The position numbers and the translations under genes are program-made. Shown here piece by piece: positions 49,882 to 61,351 of a DNA stretch of 64,000 nt. This stretch comes from Bacillota bacterium. Its GTDB lineage: Bacteria > Bacillota > Clostridia > Lachnospirales > Lachnospiraceae. The notes beneath the pieces were generated by a model. That model was not told the DNA's origin, did no database searches, and saw only the letters and a list, made by a program, of their open reading frames with translations. The stretch is from NCBI GenBank assembly GCA_023386815.1, contig JAEWIZ010000034.1, positions 26,755-90,754 of the forward strand, in the 5' to 3' direction. Every line of letters starts with the position of its first letter. Position 1 is the stretch's first letter.

Positions 49882-49942
49882 TATAACGAAGACCTCTATC
49901 AGACAGAGACGTCATTACAACTAATGTAATGACGTTTTTTTT
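49882..49942 (+). promoter_or_regulatory. Leader attenuator: intrinsic terminator overlapped by an ANTAR-like hexaloop hairpin
   Basis: GAC-AGAGAC-GTC (49902-49913) overlaps terminator ACGTCATTACA/TGTAATGACGT plus T-tract (49909-49942). Confidence 0.7.
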
Positions 49943-50081
49943 GTTTAAGGCATAAATGTTTCAGCATTTGGACTCATTTGTTTCCCAAAGGGGTTTCGCA
50001 TAATCTTTCTTACGGGTAATTCAGGAAAATTTACGTACAGATTTTCTTGTAGCTGTTACTTTGACAACGGAACAATATTAG

Positions 50082-50915
<834 letters not shown>

Positions 50916-50966
50916 AATGATAGAGCAGATACCAAATTCATAGGGATCAGTAGAAGGGAGAATTTT

Positions 50967-51293
50967 ATGTTATTAGTAAGAGCAATCATTCGTCCGGAAA
51001 AGGTAGGAACTGTATTATCGGAATTATTATCGGCAGGCTTTCCTGCGGTAACCAAGATGGATGTTTACGGACGCGGCAAACAAAAGGGTGTTAAGGTTGG
51101 CGAGGTGTTTTATGATGAAATACCAAAGGAAATGCTTTTAATGGTAGTAGATGAGAATGATAAGGATGATGTGGTTAAGATCATCATGAAATATGCAAGA
51201 ACCGGAGATAACGGTAACTTTGGCGATGGTAGAATTTTCGTAAGCCCGGTAGAAGAGGCGTATACCATTAGTACCAAGAAAAAAGGCTTATAG
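50967..51293 (+). CDS. nifI1: PII-family nitrogenase regulator NifI1
   Basis: AIIRPEK, GRGKQKG and GDGRIFVSPV; sits between nifH and nifD. Confidence 0.92.
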   Translation: MLLVRAIIRPEKVGTVLSELLSAGFPAVTKMDVYGRGKQKGVKVGEVFYDEIPKEMLLMVVDENDKDDVVKIIMKYARTGDNGNFGDGRIFVSPVEEAYTISTKKKGL

Positions 51294-51383
51294 TGTAAAT
51301 TGTATAAATGGTGAAATTTTTCATGCAGTTGGTGTGAATCTGAGCTTCTCAATGAAAAGTTTTATTAGAAAGGAGGATTGGTC

Positions 51384-51767
51384 ATGAAGGAAGTAATGGC
51401 TATTATCAGACAGAATAAAGTTAACGTTACAAAAGAAGCGTTAGCAAATGCCGGAGTACCCGCCTTTACCTGTAGAAAGGTTCTTGGAAGAGGTAAGAAG
51501 CTGATCGATATGGCGCTTTTAACCTCCATTGTAGATTCCGGTGAGATACCGGCAAATCACACGGGTGAGTATATCTCGGAATCACAGCGGTTAATTTCCA
51601 AGAGAGTATTTACCATGATTGTGGAAGAGGATGCAGTAGAGCGGGTTGTGAATACGATTATGGATGTGAACAGTACAGGTAATCCGGGTGATGGGAAGAT
51701 ATTTATTCTTCCAATTAATGAAAGTTACCGTGTGCGTAATGGAGAAGCAACGACAGAAGCATATTGA
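51384..51767 (+). CDS. nifI2: PII-family nitrogenase regulator NifI2
   Basis: MKEVMAIIR, VLGRGK and TGNPGDGKIF; ATG after AGGAGG. Confidence 0.92.
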   Translation: MKEVMAIIRQNKVNVTKEALANAGVPAFTCRKVLGRGKKLIDMALLTSIVDSGEIPANHTGEYISESQRLISKRVFTMIVEEDAVERVVNTIMDVNSTGNPGDGKIFILPINESYRVRNGEATTEAY

Positions 51768-51780
51768 TAAGGAGGTTGCT

Positions 51781-53370
51781 ATGGATGTAATGAATAAGGT
51801 TCTGGATCAGTATAGCTCCAGAGTATATAAAAATCGTAAAGAACATATGGTGAATGTTAATCATAAGGAAAATAATAATGCGATTGCAGCTAATGTCCGC
51901 ACCGTTCCCGGTATTATCACCCAGAGAGGCTGCTGCTTTGCAGGCTGCAAAGGCGTTGTAATAGGACCAATTAAAGATGCCTTTACCATTGTTCACGGCC
52001 CCATCGGATGTTCCTATTATACATGGGGAACAAGAAGACATAAAGCTAAGACGAAGGAGGGGGAGGATAATTACTTACAGTATTGCTTTTCCACCGACCT
52101 CCAGGAGCCGGATATCGTATTCGGCGGTGAGAAAAAGCTAAAGCAGGCAATCAGTGAGGCGATGGAATTATTCCATCCAAAGACAATTATGATATGCTCC
52201 ACCTGTCCGGTTGGTTTGATCGGTGATGATATCCATGCGGTTGCTAAATGGGCTGAGAAGGAGTATGGCATTAAATGTATCGCTTTTAGCTGTGAGGGTT
52301 ATAAAGGTGTTAGCCAGTCAGCAGGGCATCATATAGCGAATAATCAATTAATGAAGTTTGTCATCGGTGAAGGTGATCGCAAGATAGATAGCAAGTTTTC
52401 TATTAATCTGCTGGGGGAATATAACATTGGCGGAGACGGATGGGAAACGGAACGAATTTTAAAGAGAGTCGGCTATGAGATTGTATCTGTATTTACCGGG
52501 GGTGCCAGCGTGGATGACATTGCAAACTCTCATCAGGCAAATTTAAGTGTGGTTCAATGTCATCGTTCCATTAACTATATTGCTGAATTGATAGAAGCAA
52601 AGTATGGCACACCCTGGATGAAGGTCAACTTTGTTGGCGTTGCAGCAACCATCGAATCCTTAAGAAATATGGCAAAATTCTTTAACGACCCTGAACTGAC
52701 AGCAAGAACTGAGGCGGTTATCGCTGATGAATTAGAACAAATCGATGAGGGAATGGCTTATTACAAAAGTAAGCTAAAGGGTAAGACGGCAGCTCTCTAT
52801 GTTGGCGGTTCCAGAGCTCATCATTTCCAATTGCTGTTGAATGATCTTGGAATGCATACGGTCTTAGCTGGCTACGAGTTCGGACACCGAGAGGAATACG
52901 AGGGGCGTGAGGTAATTCCTTTTGTAAAGATAGATGCAGATAGTAAAAACATCGAGTCCATTACAGTCAATCCGGATCCTGAGAAATATCATGTTTATTT
53001 ATCAGAAGAAGATTTAAATAAGCTTAAGGAAGAAAAGTTGATTGATTATTATGGCGGTATGGTGAAGGATATGCCAGATGGTACCTTTATGGTAGATGAT
53101 TTAAATCATTTTGAGACAGAAGAATTCTTAAAGCTTTTAAAGCCGGATATTTTCTTCTCCGGTATTAAGGATAAGTACGTGGCACAGAAGGGCGGAATCT
53201 TATCCAGGCAGCTGCATTCCTATGATTACAGCGGACCTTATTCGGGCTTTCGTGGTGCAGTTAATTTTGCAAGAGACGTTACAATGGGCATTTATACCCC
53301 GGCTTGGAGTTATGTAAAGGCACCGTGGAAAACAACTCCAATTCTCAAAGGTACATTAGGAGGTGCGTAA
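51781..53370 (+). CDS. nifD: Nitrogenase MoFe protein alpha chain
   Basis: RGCCFAGC, HGPIGC, QCHRS and QLHSYDY ligand motifs; clostridial-type insertion. Confidence 0.96.
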   Translation: MDVMNKVLDQYSSRVYKNRKEHMVNVNHKENNNAIAANVRTVPGIITQRGCCFAGCKGVVIGPIKDAFTIVHGPIGCSYYTWGTRRHKAKTKEGEDNYLQYCFSTDLQEPDIVFGGEKKLKQAISEAMELFHPKTIMICSTCPVGLIGDDIHAVAKWAEKEYGIKCIAFSCEGYKGVSQSAGHHIANNQLMKFVIGEGDRKIDSKFSINLLGEYNIGGDGWETERILKRVGYEIVSVFTGGASVDDIANSHQANLSVVQCHRSINYIAELIEAKYGTPWMKVNFVGVAATIESLRNMAKFFNDPELTARTEAVIADELEQIDEGMAYYKSKLKGKTAALYVGGSRAHHFQLLLNDLGMHTVLAGYEFGHREEYEGREVIPFVKIDADSKNIESITVNPDPEKYHVYLSEEDLNKLKEEKLIDYYGGMVKDMPDGTFMVDDLNHFETEEFLKLLKPDIFFSGIKDKYVAQKGGILSRQLHSYDYSGPYSGFRGAVNFARDVTMGIYTPAWSYVKAPWKTTPILKGTLGGA

Positions 53371-53372
53371 TT

Positions 53373-54737
53373 ATGCTAGACTATACGACAAAAGAAATTA
53401 CTCTAAGAAGTGCACTCAGAGTCAATCCGGCAAAGACCTGCCAACCGGTAGGTGCCATGTACGCTGCATTAGGTGTTCATGAGTGCATGCCTCATAGCCA
53501 TGGATCTCAGGGCTGCTGCTCCTTCCATAGAATGTTTTTAACCAGACATTTTAAGGATCCGGCCATGGCTTCTACCAGTTCCTTCACGGAAGGTGCTTCC
53601 GTATTCGGGGGAGGCTCGAATTTAAAAACTTCTGCTAAGAATATTTTTGATATTTATAATCCGAAGATTATTGCGGTGCATACCACCTGTCTTTCTGAGA
53701 CCATCGGGGATGACTTAAATTCCTTTATTCAGGATATTGAAGTACCGGAAGGGAAGTATATGGTTCACTGCAATACACCAAGCTACTATGGTTCCCATGT
53801 GACTGGTTTCAGTAACATGGTGGCAGGCTTTATCCGTTACTTATCCAAAGCCTCCGGCAAGAAAAATGGTAAGGTTGTCATTATGCCGGGCTTTGTGAAT
53901 CCTGGAGATATGAGAGAGTTGAAGCGCATTGCGAAGGAAATGGGTGTGCCTTATACCATGTTACCGGATACCAGTGGTGTAATGGATGCTCCAATGACAG
54001 GAGTCTTTGAGCTATATCCAAAGGGAGGAACCACGGTGGAAGAGATCATCAACCTAGGTGATTGCAATCAGACCCTCGCTTTTGGTAAGTTTGCCAGTGA
54101 GGTTCCAGCGGAAACCTTATCCAAAAAATGCAGTGTCCCTTTTCAATTATTATCCTTACCGATTGGGATTGCCAGAACAGATGAATACATCATGGCTCTC
54201 CAGGAATATACCAAAAGTTCGGTGCCATATTCCTTAGAGGAAGAGCGGGGGCAATTGGTGGATGTGTTAATTGATATCCATCCCTATACCTATAATAAGA
54301 AGGTAGCCATCTTCGGAGACCCTGATACTGTCCTTAGCATTGCCGAATTTGTTCTTGAGATGGGTATGATTCCAAAGTATCTTGTGACCGGAACACCGGG
54401 TGATGCTTTTGAAAAAGCTGCTGAGGAAGTATTCATAAAATTCGGTGTGGAAGGCTGCAAAGCTAAGGCTGCAGGAGATCTTTTTGAGCTGCATCAATGG
54501 ATTAAAGCGGACAGTGTGGATGTACTCATTGGAGGCACCCATGGAAAATACATTGCCAGAGCGGAGGATCTACCCTTTGTAAGAGCGGGATTCCCAATCA
54601 TTGATCGATATATTCATTCCTATCTGCCCCTGGTTGGGTATAAAGGCGGCATGAGGCTGGCAGAGCTGATTACGAACGCACTCATGGATCGATTTGACAG
54701 AGACAGTACCGAAGAGGACTTTGAGATGGTAATGTAG
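53373..54737 (+). CDS. nifK: Nitrogenase MoFe protein beta chain
   Basis: NPAKTCQPVGA, HGSQGC and TTCLSETIGDD motifs. Confidence 0.96.
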   Translation: MLDYTTKEITLRSALRVNPAKTCQPVGAMYAALGVHECMPHSHGSQGCCSFHRMFLTRHFKDPAMASTSSFTEGASVFGGGSNLKTSAKNIFDIYNPKIIAVHTTCLSETIGDDLNSFIQDIEVPEGKYMVHCNTPSYYGSHVTGFSNMVAGFIRYLSKASGKKNGKVVIMPGFVNPGDMRELKRIAKEMGVPYTMLPDTSGVMDAPMTGVFELYPKGGTTVEEIINLGDCNQTLAFGKFASEVPAETLSKKCSVPFQLLSLPIGIARTDEYIMALQEYTKSSVPYSLEEERGQLVDVLIDIHPYTYNKKVAIFGDPDTVLSIAEFVLEMGMIPKYLVTGTPGDAFEKAAEEVFIKFGVEGCKAKAAGDLFELHQWIKADSVDVLIGGTHGKYIARAEDLPFVRAGFPIIDRYIHSYLPLVGYKGGMRLAELITNALMDRFDRDSTEEDFEMVM

Positions 54738-54919
54738 TTGAAGGAAAGGCCATACCAATGAACCATAAAATTTCAGGAACTACATTATGAAGATTCGAGT
54801 GTCAAAAGCCTGATCCAGGTTATGCAGATGGATATGAGCGCATATCCATCCATACAGTTTAAAAAAGTCTTTTGACACTCTAATTTTAAGAATTAATCGT
54901 AAGAAAGGAAGAGTATCCT

Positions 54920-56272
54920 ATGGAGAACACGAATGTTTTAGACGCACGAAAGGATTACATATTAAGGAAGCAGGATGGTTGCAGTGGAAATGGTCTGCGT
55001 TGTGACAGTAACAGCGTATCCGGCTCTGTCAGCCAGAGAGCCTGCGTCTTTTGTGGAGCCAGAGTTGTGCTAAATCCAATCACGGATGCCTTCCATATTG
55101 TTCATGGACCAATCGGATGTGCCAGCTATACCTGGGACATCCGGGGCAGCCTAAGTAGCGGGGATGATTTATACCGTAACAGCTTTTCAACAGATTTGCA
55201 GGAACAGGATGTTATTTTTGGCGGAGAAAAGAAGCTTCTTTCAGCAATAGAAGAGGTGGTAGAGCAGTATCATCCAAAGTTGATTTTTATCTATGCTACC
55301 TGCATTGTGGGAGTGATCGGGGACGATCTTGATGCTGTCTGTAAAGGCATGTCAAAGAAGTATGGTATCCGTGTTCTGCCCGTGAAATCCCCGGGATTCT
55401 CCGGGAATAAATCCGTTGGTTATAAAATGGCCTGCAATGCGATTATGGAGTTATTAAAGCCTCACCAGGAACAGAAGAAAAGATATGGAGTAAATATTCT
55501 AGGTGACTTTAATCTGGCAGGAGAGATCTGGATTGTAAAAGAGTACCTACGTCAAATCGGCATCCCTGTTATAGCAACCATTACCGGGGATTCCGACTAT
55601 GAAACGCTGCTACAGGCACCAACCGCCCAGCTAAATATAGTACAGTGTGCCGGTTCCAGTACCTATTTGGCAAATCGCATGGAGGAGGAGATGGGCATTC
55701 CCTTTATTAAAATCAGTTTCTATGGAATGGAAGATACGGTACACTCTCTGATTAAGGTCGCGGATGCACTGAATGATGAAACAGCGAAGAGAAAAGCTCT
55801 TGCTATAGCGGAGGCGGAGATCTTAAGACTCTCAGACTTTCTTAGCCGGTATCGAAAGAACCTGGAAGGGAAAAGAGCAGCTATCTATGTCGGAGGCGGC
55901 TTTAAAGCAATTTCTCTGATTCATCAATTTAATTCTCTTGGAATGGAAACTGTGGTGGTTGGAACCCAGACCGGTAAAAAAGAGGATTATGAAATCATAG
56001 AGCAGCTTGTAAATAAGGACACCATCATTCTGGATGATGCTAACCCGGCAGAACTGGAAAAATTCATGAAAGAAAAGGGAGCCGATATCCTAGTGGGCGG
56101 TGTAAAGGAACGACCACTCGCCTATAAGCTGGGAATTGCCTTCTGTGATCATAATCATGAGAGAAAACATCCCCTCTGCGGCTTTGATGGGGCAGTGAAT
56201 TTTATAAAGGAGATTAATTTGAGCATGAATCATCCAGTATGGAATTATATGGCTTCGGATATTATAAGCTAG
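54920..56272 (+). CDS. nifE: FeMo-cofactor scaffold NifE
   Basis: SQRACVFCGA, HGPIGC, ATCIVGVIGDD and DHNHER motifs. Confidence 0.94.
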   Translation: MENTNVLDARKDYILRKQDGCSGNGLRCDSNSVSGSVSQRACVFCGARVVLNPITDAFHIVHGPIGCASYTWDIRGSLSSGDDLYRNSFSTDLQEQDVIFGGEKKLLSAIEEVVEQYHPKLIFIYATCIVGVIGDDLDAVCKGMSKKYGIRVLPVKSPGFSGNKSVGYKMACNAIMELLKPHQEQKKRYGVNILGDFNLAGEIWIVKEYLRQIGIPVIATITGDSDYETLLQAPTAQLNIVQCAGSSTYLANRMEEEMGIPFIKISFYGMEDTVHSLIKVADALNDETAKRKALAIAEAEILRLSDFLSRYRKNLEGKRAAIYVGGGFKAISLIHQFNSLGMETVVVGTQTGKKEDYEIIEQLVNKDTIILDDANPAELEKFMKEKGADILVGGVKERPLAYKLGIAFCDHNHERKHPLCGFDGAVNFIKEINLSMNHPVWNYMASDIIS

Positions 56273-56428
56273 CAGACAACCAATGTTTGCCGATCTGCGC
56301 CATCTGAACACAGTTACACGCAGATTCATAGCTCTAGGTAATGTTGCTTATCATCTTCGAACCTTGCGTAGCTATATTTAGACTCAAAATAAAAAAGCTG
56401 TAGTCGAGCTTGGAATGGAGGGATTCCT

Positions 56429-59014
56429 ATGAGAGGAACTTTAGTTAATTTAACTGTTAATCCCTGTAAGATGTGCATGCCAATGGGTGTTATGTCGGCA
56501 ATGTACGGAATCAAAAAATGTGTGTCAATTCTTCACGGCTCACAGGGCTGCAGCACTTATATCCGCAGGCATATGGCAACTCATTACAATGAACCTGTTG
56601 ATATTGCCTCTTCCTCTTTAACGGAGGAAGGAACCGTATACGGTGGGGAAAAAAATCTGATCCAGGGACTACTTAATCTAATTCAGGTCTATCAACCGGA
56701 AGTAATCGGTGTAGCTACAACCTGTTTGGCTGAAACCATCGGAGAAGATATCGTCAGAATCATAGATAAGTTTTATGAAGAATATCCGGAGCATAGGGAT
56801 GTCACGATTCTTGGAATACCCTCCCCAGGATATGCAGGCACACAATTTGAAGGATTTATGACAGCCCTATATCATATTGTTAAGTCTGTCCCGATGGATA
56901 TAAGTAAAAATGATAAGATAAACATCATAACCAGCCAGCTGTCACCGGCAGATACCAGATATCTGAAGGAACTGCTGACAGAATTTGAGCTTGATTATAT
57001 CCTGCTGCCAGACCTGTCGGACAATCTGGACGGCGGGCACTCAGATACCTATCAAAGGCTGCCCCAGTCAGGAACAGAACTGGCGGATATTAAGCAGATG
57101 GCTGGAGCAAGAATTACCCTGGAGCTTTCCTCTGTTTCTGAAGGAAAAAAATCCGCCGCCGGTTACCTCTATGAGACCTACGGAGTGCCCTATATGAAAT
57201 GCAACCTGCCAGTAAGTCTCAGAGATAATGACGCACTTCTTAAAATACTAGAAAATATATCAGGCAAACCGATTCCGGAGAAGTTGAAAAAGGAGCGTCA
57301 ACGGTATCTGGATGCCATGATTGATTCTCATAAGCATAATGCGGAAGCAAAGGTGGCTGTTTACGGTGAGCCGGATTTTGTAATCAGTACAGTTCGAATG
57401 TGTGTGGAAAATGGAATTATGCCCCTGATTACCGCCACCGGTTCAAAATGTCCAAAGCTAAAAGAGGTGTTAGAACAAGAAATACAAACCGTGGCAGATA
57501 CATTCTTTTATCCAAAATTTATGCTTATGGATGAGGTGAATTTTCAAACAATTGAGGAAAACGCCAGGGAGTACGGAGTGAATTTACTCATCGGAAGCTC
57601 CGATGGCAGGAGAATTGCAGAAAAACTTGGCATCCCCCTGGTTCGCAGGAGCTTTCCAATTCATGACCGGATGGGCGGGCAGAGATTACGAAGCTTGGGG
57701 TATGTGGGCTCACTTACCTTTCTAGATGAGATCTCCAATGCAGTCCTGGATCGAAAAGAAACCACCTTCCGTGAAAGACTTTTTCAACAGTATAAAATGG
57801 ATGAGGTAAAGTCCCTAACGATAGAAGAGAGGACCGCAACGCACCCCTGCTATCATTGCCAGGCGCATAAATACGCAAGAATGCACCTGCCCATTGCTCC
57901 GAAATGTAATATCAGCTGTAACTATTGTCTGCGTAAATACGACTGTCCCAATGAAAGCAGACCCGGGGTTACAACGAAGGTGCTAAATCCGGAGGAAGCA
58001 TTCCAAAGGTATTTAGAAGTAAGAAGCAAGGTAGAAAACCTGACCGTAATAGGAATTGCAGGGCCGGGCGATGCACTGGCGAATTTCGAGGAGACCAAAA
58101 AAGTACTAACCCTGATACGGGAACATGATAAAAAAATTACCTTCTGCTTATCCACCAATGGCTTGATGCTACCCCAATATGCGAATGAATTGATTGAATT
58201 AGGGGTGACCCATGTAACAGTTACGTTGAATACAATACAGCCGAAAACAGGAGCAAGGATTTATAAATATATTGATTACATGGGTACGAAATACTACGAT
58301 GAAATGGCAGCCTCCATCCTGCTGTCTAACCAGCTGGCAGGAATCAGCATGTTGACCAGTCGGGGAATCATCTGCAAGATAAATATCGTAGTGCTAAAGG
58401 GGATCAATGATCAGGAAATTCCTGAGGTAGTGGCAAAGGTAAAGGAACTTGGAGCAACAATCACAAATATTATGCAGCTGATACCCGTGAAAGGGAGTGC
58501 TTTTGAGGAGCTCCCCCTGGTTTCAAACAAAGAAATTATGGGGATTAGAAAATCCTGTGAAACCATCCTTATGCAAATGTACCACTGCAGGCAGTGTCGT
58601 GCGGATGCCATTGGAACTCTGGAGCATGACCGATCCTTAGAATTTCAGTCAGATAAAACCTTACATATGGCAGTGGCTACAAAAAGTGGAATGATTGTAG
58701 ATCAGCATTTTGGTCAGGTTTCTGAATTTTATGTATATGAATACAGTAAGGGCAATGCAATCTTTAAGGAGAAAAGAAAAATAAAGAAATACTGCGACGG
58801 TGTCGAGGCGTGTGGGGAAGAACAGGATAAGATGGATGCCATTATCCATACAATTTCCGACTGTGACGCGGTCATTGCAATGAGAATCGGTGAGGTGCCA
58901 AAGTCCAAATTAATTCAGAAGGGAATTAAGATATTCACCACCTATGACAGAATTGAGGACTCTGTTATCTGGGCAGCGAAGGAGATGAACCAAAAAAGAG
59001 AGGCATATATCTGA
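56429..59014 (+). CDS. nifB: NifN-NifB fusion with C-terminal NifX-like domain
   Basis: N-half NPCKMCMPMG/HGSQGC (NifN); HPC, CNISCNYC, ESRPG, AGPG and CRQCRADA (NifB radical SAM); DQHFG C-terminal domain. Confidence 0.93.
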   Translation: MRGTLVNLTVNPCKMCMPMGVMSAMYGIKKCVSILHGSQGCSTYIRRHMATHYNEPVDIASSSLTEEGTVYGGEKNLIQGLLNLIQVYQPEVIGVATTCLAETIGEDIVRIIDKFYEEYPEHRDVTILGIPSPGYAGTQFEGFMTALYHIVKSVPMDISKNDKINIITSQLSPADTRYLKELLTEFELDYILLPDLSDNLDGGHSDTYQRLPQSGTELADIKQMAGARITLELSSVSEGKKSAAGYLYETYGVPYMKCNLPVSLRDNDALLKILENISGKPIPEKLKKERQRYLDAMIDSHKHNAEAKVAVYGEPDFVISTVRMCVENGIMPLITATGSKCPKLKEVLEQEIQTVADTFFYPKFMLMDEVNFQTIEENAREYGVNLLIGSSDGRRIAEKLGIPLVRRSFPIHDRMGGQRLRSLGYVGSLTFLDEISNAVLDRKETTFRERLFQQYKMDEVKSLTIEERTATHPCYHCQAHKYARMHLPIAPKCNISCNYCLRKYDCPNESRPGVTTKVLNPEEAFQRYLEVRSKVENLTVIGIAGPGDALANFEETKKVLTLIREHDKKITFCLSTNGLMLPQYANELIELGVTHVTVTLNTIQPKTGARIYKYIDYMGTKYYDEMAASILLSNQLAGISMLTSRGIICKINIVVLKGINDQEIPEVVAKVKELGATITNIMQLIPVKGSAFEELPLVSNKEIMGIRKSCETILMQMYHCRQCRADAIGTLEHDRSLEFQSDKTLHMAVATKSGMIVDQHFGQVSEFYVYEYSKGNAIFKEKRKIKKYCDGVEACGEEQDKMDAIIHTISDCDAVIAMRIGEVPKSKLIQKGIKIFTTYDRIEDSVIWAAKEMNQKREAYI

Positions 59015-59067
59015 CAACTTGTAATTTTTAGAATAAACTGTTTACCTTGAAAGGAAGGGAGAATGCT

Positions 59068-59376
59068 ATGGTAAGTGTAAAACATCATGTTTTTGTCTGC
59101 ACCAGCTGTCGTGTGAACGGACAGCAGAAGGGTTATTGCTATTCGAAGGATTCTGTAGATATTGTTCAGAAATTCATGGAGGTTATTGAAGAAAATGATA
59201 TGTCTGGAGATGTTATGATAACAAATACGGGGTGTTTTGGGATTTGTGAGAAAGGGCCGATTGCAGTGGTTTATCCGGAGGGGATTTGGTATGGGGATTT
59301 GTCGGAGGATGATGTGGAATCCATTGTGGAACAGCATTTCATTAACGGGTATCCGGTACAGGAGCTAGTAATTTAG
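59068..59376 (+). CDS. Thioredoxin-like [2Fe-2S] ferredoxin
   Basis: HVFVC...C...TGCFGICEKGP..VVYPEGIWY. Confidence 0.9.
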   Translation: MVSVKHHVFVCTSCRVNGQQKGYCYSKDSVDIVQKFMEVIEENDMSGDVMITNTGCFGICEKGPIAVVYPEGIWYGDLSEDDVESIVEQHFINGYPVQELVI

Positions 59377-59500
59377 AAAACATTATTAAGTATATGAGAA
59401 ACGAATGATAGCTGGGAATGATTGAACAACGGACTAAATTGGTATAGAAGTAGCTGGGAGCTTTAATGGTTGTTAATCTTGGAAAAGGAGTGGTGGTAGA

Positions 59501-60487
59501 ATGATTCATTTAATTGATAACACCCTGACCTCATTTGACCATAGTCTGCCATCAAAAGAAGAATTACATCAATTTTGTGAACTGCTGTTTACCATCGGTG
59601 TTGATGTAATTGAAGTGTCAACAGCGGCATACCGGAAGATGGAGTATCTGCCAGAGGGGCAGAAATTCATTCTGAACATTGAATTTGAGGATGAGGTCAA
59701 CGAATTCCCTGGGTTTTTCCGTTATGTCTGTCGGCATGAGGGGAATTTGGAGAATTTGATTTTTGAACTTCAGTTAAATGACGCGAGAGAAATTATTAAG
59801 CTAAGATCCTTTCAAAAGCATAAACTCTTACGAATCGTTGGATTAGATGATCTTCTTTGTTATTCGGAATACGAAAAGGCTTTGGAGGAAATCCAAGGTT
59901 ATCTGCCAAGTAGTACGGTAATTTTTTGCCCTGAGAATACCTATGGATGTGCCAATGCTTTGGCATTACAATGGGCAGCCTTTTATGGTAAAAATATCAC
60001 CACCAGCTTTGCTGGCTGTAAGAATAATGCAGCGACGGAGGAGGTGTTAATGGCAATGCGCCTAGCCATGCGACATAAGCCAAATCGTGATTTAACGGTA
60101 CTACCACAGTTGGTGTGGCTTTATGAAAGATTTACCGGTATACCCATTAGTAATAAAAAGCCTATTATCGGCAAGCGCATCTTCCAGGTGGAGGCCGGTA
60201 TTCATGTAGACGGTATTCATAAGAACCCTGCCACTTACGAAGCTTATGCACCCAGCCTTGTAGGAGGCAGGTTTGAGTTGGTGATAGGGAAGCACTCTGG
60301 TTCCAAAGCTATTCACTTAAAGTTAAAAGAGCTAGAGGTTGAAATAAAGGATGAGCTAAACTTAGAAACAATATTAAGACGAGTAAAAGGCTTTTGTAAC
60401 GAATATAGAAGAAGTCTGAGTGACGAAGAGTTTATGTCAATTGTAAAGGAGGTTACCCGGCATGAAAGAAATGAAACATATCATTGA
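59501..60487 (+). CDS. nifV: Homocitrate synthase omega subunit
   Basis: NKKPIIG, EAGIHVDG and IGKHSG C-terminal motifs with a degenerate N-terminus. Confidence 0.82.
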   Translation: MIHLIDNTLTSFDHSLPSKEELHQFCELLFTIGVDVIEVSTAAYRKMEYLPEGQKFILNIEFEDEVNEFPGFFRYVCRHEGNLENLIFELQLNDAREIIKLRSFQKHKLLRIVGLDDLLCYSEYEKALEEIQGYLPSSTVIFCPENTYGCANALALQWAAFYGKNITTSFAGCKNNAATEEVLMAMRLAMRHKPNRDLTVLPQLVWLYERFTGIPISNKKPIIGKRIFQVEAGIHVDGIHKNPATYEAYAPSLVGGRFELVIGKHSGSKAIHLKLKELEVEIKDELNLETILRRVKGFCNEYRRSLSDEEFMSIVKEVTRHERNETYH

Positions 60488-61268
60488 TACAACCTTACGG
60501 GATGGCGAGCAGTGCCCTGGAATTGCTCTTCGGGCAGAAGATAAGGTGAAAATTGCAAAATTTTTGGACGAAATCGGGGTATATGAGATTGAAGCAGGTA
60601 CCCCTGTGCTTAGTGAGGAAGAGGAGGAGAGTATCCGAAGAATTATCGGAAATAAAAAGAATGCAAAAATCTCCGTATGGAGCAGAATGGATCTTTTGGA
60701 TGTTAAAAAATCAATTGTCTGTAAACCGGATATCATTCATATTGGGACTCCTGTATCCTATGTCCAGATCTATAGCAAGTTAAAGAAAAACAAAAGCTGG
60801 GTAATTAAGAATGTATTAGAGTGTGTGTATGCTGCAAAAAGTCAGGAGGTAGATGTGACCGTGGGTCTTGAGGACGCCTCCCGATCGGATTTGGGATTTA
60901 TTTTAAGTCTGACCAAGGAACTGCAAAAAAATGGTGTTGATGTCATTCGGGTAGCAGATACGGTGGGCACTCTAACCCCCTCCAAAACCAAGGAATTAAT
61001 CGAGACCATCCGAGCGAATACGGATATGAGAATCGAGCTTCATGTTCATAATGACCTAGGAATGGCAGTTGCAAACTCTATTATCGGTGCTAAGGCAGGG
61101 GCGGATTTTATTGATTGCACCCTGTTCGGGATAGGAGAAAGAACAGGGAATTGTAATTTCTACGAGTTCATTCATGCCTGCGAATCGGTTTTTCATTTTG
61201 CCATGAGCAAAAAACAGGTCAAATACGTAGAACAAATGGTATATCAGGAACTAGAACGTGCTATGTAG
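60462..61268 (+). CDS. nifV: Homocitrate synthase alpha subunit
   Basis: DTTLRDGEQ, EDASR, HVHNDLGMA and GIGERTGN motifs. Confidence 0.88.
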   Translation: MKEMKHIIDTTLRDGEQCPGIALRAEDKVKIAKFLDEIGVYEIEAGTPVLSEEEEESIRRIIGNKKNAKISVWSRMDLLDVKKSIVCKPDIIHIGTPVSYVQIYSKLKKNKSWVIKNVLECVYAAKSQEVDVTVGLEDASRSDLGFILSLTKELQKNGVDVIRVADTVGTLTPSKTKELIETIRANTDMRIELHVHNDLGMAVANSIIGAKAGADFIDCTLFGIGERTGNCNFYEFIHACESVFHFAMSKKQVKYVEQMVYQELERAM

Positions 61269-61351
61269 TGATATCCTGTCCTATTGAAGAATATTCTCCA
61301 TTTCTATCGCATATAGTGTGACAAGGAATCCTTAAAAAGGGAGGTATCTGA

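Noticed and set aside
51781..54737. Alternative V- or Fe-only nitrogenase
   Set aside because: No vnfG/anfG between D and K; nifEN and modABC are present and the ligand motifs are Mo-type
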